From the NCBI GenBank assembly GCA_050873905.1, contig JBNMJP010000001.1, positions 1 through 41,543 of the forward strand: DNA of 41,543 nucleotides. Reading direction: 5' to 3'. Origin of the DNA: Jutongia sp. (GTDB lineage Bacteria > Bacillota > Clostridia > Lachnospirales > Lachnospiraceae). Each line of letters opens with the position of its first letter. Position 1 is the first letter of the stretch. The notes under the pieces were generated by a model. It did no database searches. It was not told the DNA's origin and saw nothing but the letters and a program-made list of their open reading frames with translations. This document shows positions 37,608 to 41,543 of this stretch, in pieces. Position numbers and translations under genes: made by a program.

Positions 37608-39053
37608 ATGAGATGTCCAAGATGTAATGCAGAGGTGTCTTTCAAGAAGGATCGTTGTGATAACTGTGGACAAGAGCTGCGTAATTACCGCAGAGTTCTC
37701 AGTGCATCCAATATTTGCTATAACCGGGGCCTGGAACAGGCAAAGGTCAGAGATCTTTCCGGAGCGATCGCATCTTTGCACAAAAGCTTAAAATTTAACA
37801 AATTAAATACCAATGCAAGAGACCTGCTGGGTCTCATCTATTTTGAAGAAGGAGAGATCGTATCCGCTCTCAGCGAGTGGGTGATCAGTAAGCACTTTCA
37901 GAATGAGCATAATGAAGCAGATTATTATATCGGACTGATCCAGTCCAATCCGAACCGGCTGGAAACCTACAGTCAGATGGTGAAAAAATATAATTCTGCG
38001 TTGTTCTCTGCAAAGAATGGCGATGAAGATATGGCGATCATCCAGCTGAAAAAGGTGGTCAGCACCAATCCGAAGTTTATCCGGGCGCATCAGCTTCTGG
38101 CACTTCTCTATATGAAGACCGGCAAAAAGGAAAACCGGGTACGTGCGTACAAGCTGATGAAATCCATCAGTGGTGTGGATGTGACCAATACCACGACACT
38201 TGCTTATTTAAAGGAATTATCCGATGTTCATATCAAGGGCGAAAATGCGGCACCAAAGGTAGAAAAAGCAGCGGAACAGCCGGCGCGTAAGACGCTGCCA
38301 AGGGTAGATGAAAATGCCTATAAACCGATCACCCTGTATAAGGAAGAAAAACCATCGGTTCTGCCGTTTGTACATGTGCTGTTGGGACTGATCGCCGGAA
38401 TCGTGATCATGCAGTTTTTGATCACCCCGGCATTAAAGCAGCACTCCAGCAATAAAGAAAACAAAGCATTTAAGACCTATAGTGAGAATCTGGCTTCCGG
38501 GGAAAGCGATGTCAGTACGCTGAAAAATGCCAATACGGAGCTGCAGAAGCAGGTGGATGAGCTGACGAAGAGACTGTCCGATTATCAGAGCGGCAATCCG
38601 ACGGATCTGGATGGCGTTCAGGCAGTGTATGATAATCTGATCCAGGCGATGCAGTATTATATCAACAATGATAAGCTTTCTGCTGCCAAGGCTCTGGATA
38701 AAGTAGATCAGGATAGCCTGGCAGGAGAAGAGGCAAAGAAGTTTTATAAAAAGATCAAAAAAGAAACTTATTCTACAGCGTCAGAGTCTTTCTTTACAAA
38801 GGGAAGAGACTGCTACAATGGTCAGGGAGATTACGCCGGTAAGAAAGATTATGATAAGGCGATCAAGCTGCTCAAGAAGGCACTGAAGTTTAATGCGGAT
38901 AATACAGATGCCATGTATTTCCTGGGACGCTGCTATCAGCAAAAGTCTGATTTTGAAACGGCGAAGCAGTATTACGATCAGGTAGTCAATGATTATCCGG
39001 ATTCTGCCCGTGTTGCGGAGGCAAAGAGCAGACTGCGGGAGATCGGCCAGTAA
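37608..39053 (+). CDS. Zinc-ribbon + TPR single-pass membrane protein with coiled coil and C-terminal TPRs
   Basis: MRCPRC...CDNC, TPRs (NARDLLGLIYF), TM VLLGLIAGIVIMQFLI, and C-terminal DAMYFLGRCYQ..YPDS. ATG at 37608. Confidence 0.85.
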   Translation: MRCPRCNAEVSFKKDRCDNCGQELRNYRRVLSASNICYNRGLEQAKVRDLSGAIASLHKSLKFNKLNTNARDLLGLIYFEEGEIVSALSEWVISKHFQNEHNEADYYIGLIQSNPNRLETYSQMVKKYNSALFSAKNGDEDMAIIQLKKVVSTNPKFIRAHQLLALLYMKTGKKENRVRAYKLMKSISGVDVTNTTTLAYLKELSDVHIKGENAAPKVEKAAEQPARKTLPRVDENAYKPITLYKEEKPSVLPFVHVLLGLIAGIVIMQFLITPALKQHSSNKENKAFKTYSENLASGESDVSTLKNANTELQKQVDELTKRLSDYQSGNPTDLDGVQAVYDNLIQAMQYYINNDKLSAAKALDKVDQDSLAGEEAKKFYKKIKKETYSTASESFFTKGRDCYNGQGDYAGKKDYDKAIKLLKKALKFNADNTDAMYFLGRCYQQKSDFETAKQYYDQVVNDYPDSARVAEAKSRLREIGQ

Positions 39054-39084
39054 CCGATGCATCGACATAAGAGAAAATGATGGG

Positions 39085-39135
39085 GAGACCCGTCAGAGTG
39101 TACATTTTATTGTATCACTCTGGCGGGTCTTTTTT
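39085..39135 (+). terminator. Intrinsic terminator before spoIIA
   Basis: AGACCCGTCAGAGTG/CACTCTGGCGGGTCT stem followed by a T run. Confidence 0.75.
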
Positions 39136-39202
39136 GTATATGGGAAATGCAGATTTTGTCTTTTAGTATTTGCAGCGGATCGCTGTAGGTTTTAAGAAAG
39201 GA

Positions 39203-39586
39203 ATGGTGATTATTTTGAACCAAAAGGAACAGGAAGCAATTCATTATGAAATACAGCAAAATTGTCTGATCATCTATATCTCGCAGGATCTGGATCATCA
39301 TACGGTAAATTTGCTGCGGGAACAGTCCGATCGTCTGATCGACGCAGGAGATATCCGTCATATTATCTTTGATTTTCGGGAGAATGATTTTATGGATAGC
39401 TCGGGGATCGGGTTGATCATGGGGCGGTATAAGAGAGTGATGTTCCGGGGAGGCAAGGCAGCCGTGACCAATGTTGGGAAGGAGATCGAGCGGATCTTTA
39501 ATCTATCCGGATTGTTTCAGATCATTGAACGATATGCAACACCGGAGCAGGCAGTGGAAGGGCTTAATACCAAAAAGAACAGATAA
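39203..39586 (+). CDS. spoIIAA: Anti-sigma F factor antagonist (STAS)
   Basis: LDHH and FMDSSGIGLIMGRYK. The start is uncertain (39203/39206/39215). Confidence 0.92.
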   Translation: MVIILNQKEQEAIHYEIQQNCLIIYISQDLDHHTVNLLREQSDRLIDAGDIRHIIFDFRENDFMDSSGIGLIMGRYKRVMFRGGKAAVTNVGKEIERIFNLSGLFQIIERYATPEQAVEGLNTKKNR

Positions 39587-39600
39587 GAAAGGGGCAGAAA

Positions 39601-40014
39601 ATGAAACTGATCATCGATAGTAATTCACAAAATGAGGCATTTGCAAGAACTGTGGTAGCGGCATATATCACCCGTCTGGATCCGACTCTGGAGGAACTGG
39701 CGGATGTAAAGACCGCTGTATCTGAGGCTGTTACCAACAGTATTCTTCATGGATATAACAATGGAGAAGGGGAGATAGAGATCGTCTGTGAGATCAAGGG
39801 ACAGGATATCATGGTGGAGATCACAGATCACGGAGTGGGCATCCCGGATATTGAAAAGGCCATGGAGCCTTTATATACCACGAAGCCGGAGTGGGAGCGT
39901 TCCGGCATGGGCTTTGCCTTTATGGAAGCGTTTATGGACGAGCTGGAGGTATATTCTGAGGTGGGGAAGGGCACCCGCGTCAAGCTGAGCAAGCACATTG
40001 GAGACAGAACATGA
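39601..40014 (+). CDS. spoIIAB: Anti-sigma F factor kinase
   Basis: NEAFAR, KTAVSEAVTNSILHGY and ERSGMGFAFME. Confidence 0.95.
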   Translation: MKLIIDSNSQNEAFARTVVAAYITRLDPTLEELADVKTAVSEAVTNSILHGYNNGEGEIEIVCEIKGQDIMVEITDHGVGIPDIEKAMEPLYTTKPEWERSGMGFAFMEAFMDELEVYSEVGKGTRVKLSKHIGDRT

Positions 40015-40036
40015 GAGTTGGCGTGGAGGGTGTCAA

Positions 40037-40825
40037 ATGGATGCAATGGAATTATTAAAAAAAGCCCGTGCCGGTGACCGCCAGGCAAGAGATCAAATGG
40101 TGGAGGAAAATGTGGGACTTGTCTGGAATATCGTGAAACGATTTAATGGAAGAGGATATGATCCGGAGGATCTGTTTCAGATCGGCTGTATCGGACTGAT
40201 CAAGGCGATCGATCATTTTAATCTGGAATTTGATGTAAAATTTAGTACATACGCTGTACCTATGATCCTGGGGGAGATCAAACGGTTTATGCGGGATGAC
40301 GGCATGATCAAGATCAGCCGGACCATGAAGGAAAACGGCTGGAAGATAAAGCTGGCAGCACAGCGGCTGGGACAGGAGCTGGGACGTCAGGCAACGGTGG
40401 ATGAGATCGCGGCGGCAACAGAGCTGGAACCGGAAGAGATTGCTGTAGCGATCGAGGCAAACCGGGATGTGGACTCCATATACCGGCCGGTCTATCAGCC
40501 GGAGGGGAAAGAAATTTACCTGATCGATCAGGTGGTGGCAGGTGAAAATTCCAGTGTCGGTTATGTATCCCGAACCGCAGCGGTACGGGGAAATGCCGGA
40601 GAGGCTGACTCCGGGGTGGATGCAGAAAAAGAAAAGGTGATCAATCACGTCCTGCTGGAACAGCTTCTGAGGACACTGGAAGAGAAGGAACGCAGGCTGA
40701 TCACACTGCGTTATTATGAGGATAAGACCCAGACCCAGGTGGCAGCAGAGCTGGGAATCAGTCAGGTTCAGGTCAGCCGCCCTGAGAAAAAGATACTGTT
40801 ACGGCTGCGGCAGGAGGTGGAATAG
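40037..40825 (+). CDS. sigF: Sporulation sigma factor F
   Basis: DLFQIGCIGLIKAID, FSTYAVPMILGEIKRFMRDDG and KTQTQVAAELGISQVQVSR; third gene of spoIIA; ATG 40037 after GGAGGG. Confidence 0.93.
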   Translation: MDAMELLKKARAGDRQARDQMVEENVGLVWNIVKRFNGRGYDPEDLFQIGCIGLIKAIDHFNLEFDVKFSTYAVPMILGEIKRFMRDDGMIKISRTMKENGWKIKLAAQRLGQELGRQATVDEIAAATELEPEEIAVAIEANRDVDSIYRPVYQPEGKEIYLIDQVVAGENSSVGYVSRTAAVRGNAGEADSGVDAEKEKVINHVLLEQLLRTLEEKERRLITLRYYEDKTQTQVAAELGISQVQVSRPEKKILLRLRQEVE

Positions 40826-40845
40826 GTGTTTATTAAATAAAAGAT

Positions 40846-40875
40846 GTATAAAATTTCCATCCCCAGGGAACAATT
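40846..40875 (+). promoter_or_regulatory. Putative sigma-F (forespore) promoter
   Basis: GTATA-15 bp-GGGAACAATT fits the sigma-F consensus GywTA-15-GgnrAnAnTw. Confidence 0.6.
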
Positions 40876-40904
40876 TACGGAAAAGAGAAAGGGGAAAATG
40901 CACC

Positions 40905-41084
40905 ATGAAGAAGAAAAAAATGTGGTTTTATGTATTGGTGATCGGTATTATGACCTTGAGCACTGTCTGTTATATTGCAATCATGCGTAATGCGAAAACA
41001 ACCTATGCCAACGGCAAATTTGTAGAGCAGGAGGGGGTTGACAATGAAATCCGATATTATTTACTTAAAACTGGAACAGAATAG
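40905..41084 (+). CDS. Small single-TM hypothetical protein (59 aa)
   Basis: AAAGGGG RBS; MKKKKMWFYVLVIGIMTLSTVCYIAIM. Overlaps the spoVAA start. Confidence 0.55.
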   Translation: MKKKKMWFYVLVIGIMTLSTVCYIAIMRNAKTTYANGKFVEQEGVDNEIRYYLLKTGTE

Positions 41085-41543
41085 TCAGGTATCCCATCCG
41101 AAGGTGCTGTTGGAGGATGTGGCAGAAATTCTTACTGCGGACAGTGCATTACAAAAAGAAGCCGGAAAGCTGGTGCTTTATACATTTCAGAAGGAAAAAG
41201 AGCAGAAGCTTGTTTTTTCTGCCATGAAAGTCATTGATCTGCTGCAGAAGCAGCGGCCGGAGCTGCAGGTGGTAAATATCGGGGAACCGGATTTTATTGT
41301 AGAGTTTAAGGACACTCCAAAGCCGTCAAAATTTATGGAGATCTGCAAGGCGGTGCTGGTGAGTCTGATCATATTTTTTGGAGCAGGCTTTACGATCATG
41401 ACATTTAATACGGATGTCAGTGTGGGAGATGTATTTTCTCTGTTTTATAAGCTGGTCATGGGAACGAAGCAGACCAAGGGAAGTATCATGGAAATCACTT
41501 ATTGCGTCGGAATCGCAATAGGGATCCTGGGTTTTTATAATCA
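41044..41543 (+). CDS. spoVAA: Stage V sporulation protein AA (3' end outside window)
   Basis: ATG 41044 after GGAGGGG reads MKSDIIYLK...IGEPDFIV...LIIFFGAGFTIMTFNTDV...YCVGIAIGILGFYN; it follows sigF. Confidence 0.88.
   Translation, partial: MKSDIIYLKLEQNSQVSHPKVLLEDVAEILTADSALQKEAGKLVLYTFQKEKEQKLVFSAMKVIDLLQKQRPELQVVNIGEPDFIVEFKDTPKPSKFMEICKAVLVSLIIFFGAGFTIMTFNTDVSVGDVFSLFYKLVMGTKQTKGSIMEITYCVGIAIGILGFYN

Noticed and set aside
1-41543. CRISPR array, rRNA, tRNA, intact IS or prophage genes
   Set aside because: None seen on reading the intergenic regions and translations.

Overview
Chromosomal window from a spore-forming, probably motile Clostridia member (Lachnospiraceae-like, inferred from gene content); almost all genes are on the + strand. 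The left ~9 kb is accessory and decaying. It holds an AbiE type IV toxin-antitoxin locus with an apparently intact antitoxin and a broken toxin, back-to-back RhuM and ABC-transporter remnants, and an Rpn (PD-(D/E)XK) remnant reduced to its C-terminal RpnS-like part. These are interspersed with a J-domain protein, a ProX/YbaK editing protein, thrH, a FAD oxidoreductase-LysR-histidine phosphatase operon and a protein with two FliM-type LSQxEID motifs. The middle holds a SASP gene, a sulfate ABC operon with fused CysT-CysW, cysS, a secreted C1A peptidase, a membrane protein plus RacA-like HTH protein behind a Spo0A box, a lone rmlC, and an uncharacterised four-gene operon (DUF5717-like giant protein, Hsp70/actin-fold-like protein, TPR protein, coiled-coil membrane protein). 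The right part holds the L20 leader with infC(ATT)-rpmI-rplT, an MBOAT/AlgJ-AlgX O-acylation cluster, valS, a FapA/DUF342 gene, a small acidic ORF, a zinc-ribbon/TPR membrane protein, spoIIAA-spoIIAB-sigF and the start of spoVAA. The best candidates for undescribed biology are the membrane protein + RacA-like pair (17.5-19.4 kb), the four-gene operon (20.1-27.1 kb) and the FliM-motif protein (8.9-9.4 kb). All family assignments come from motif recognition by eye; no searches were run.
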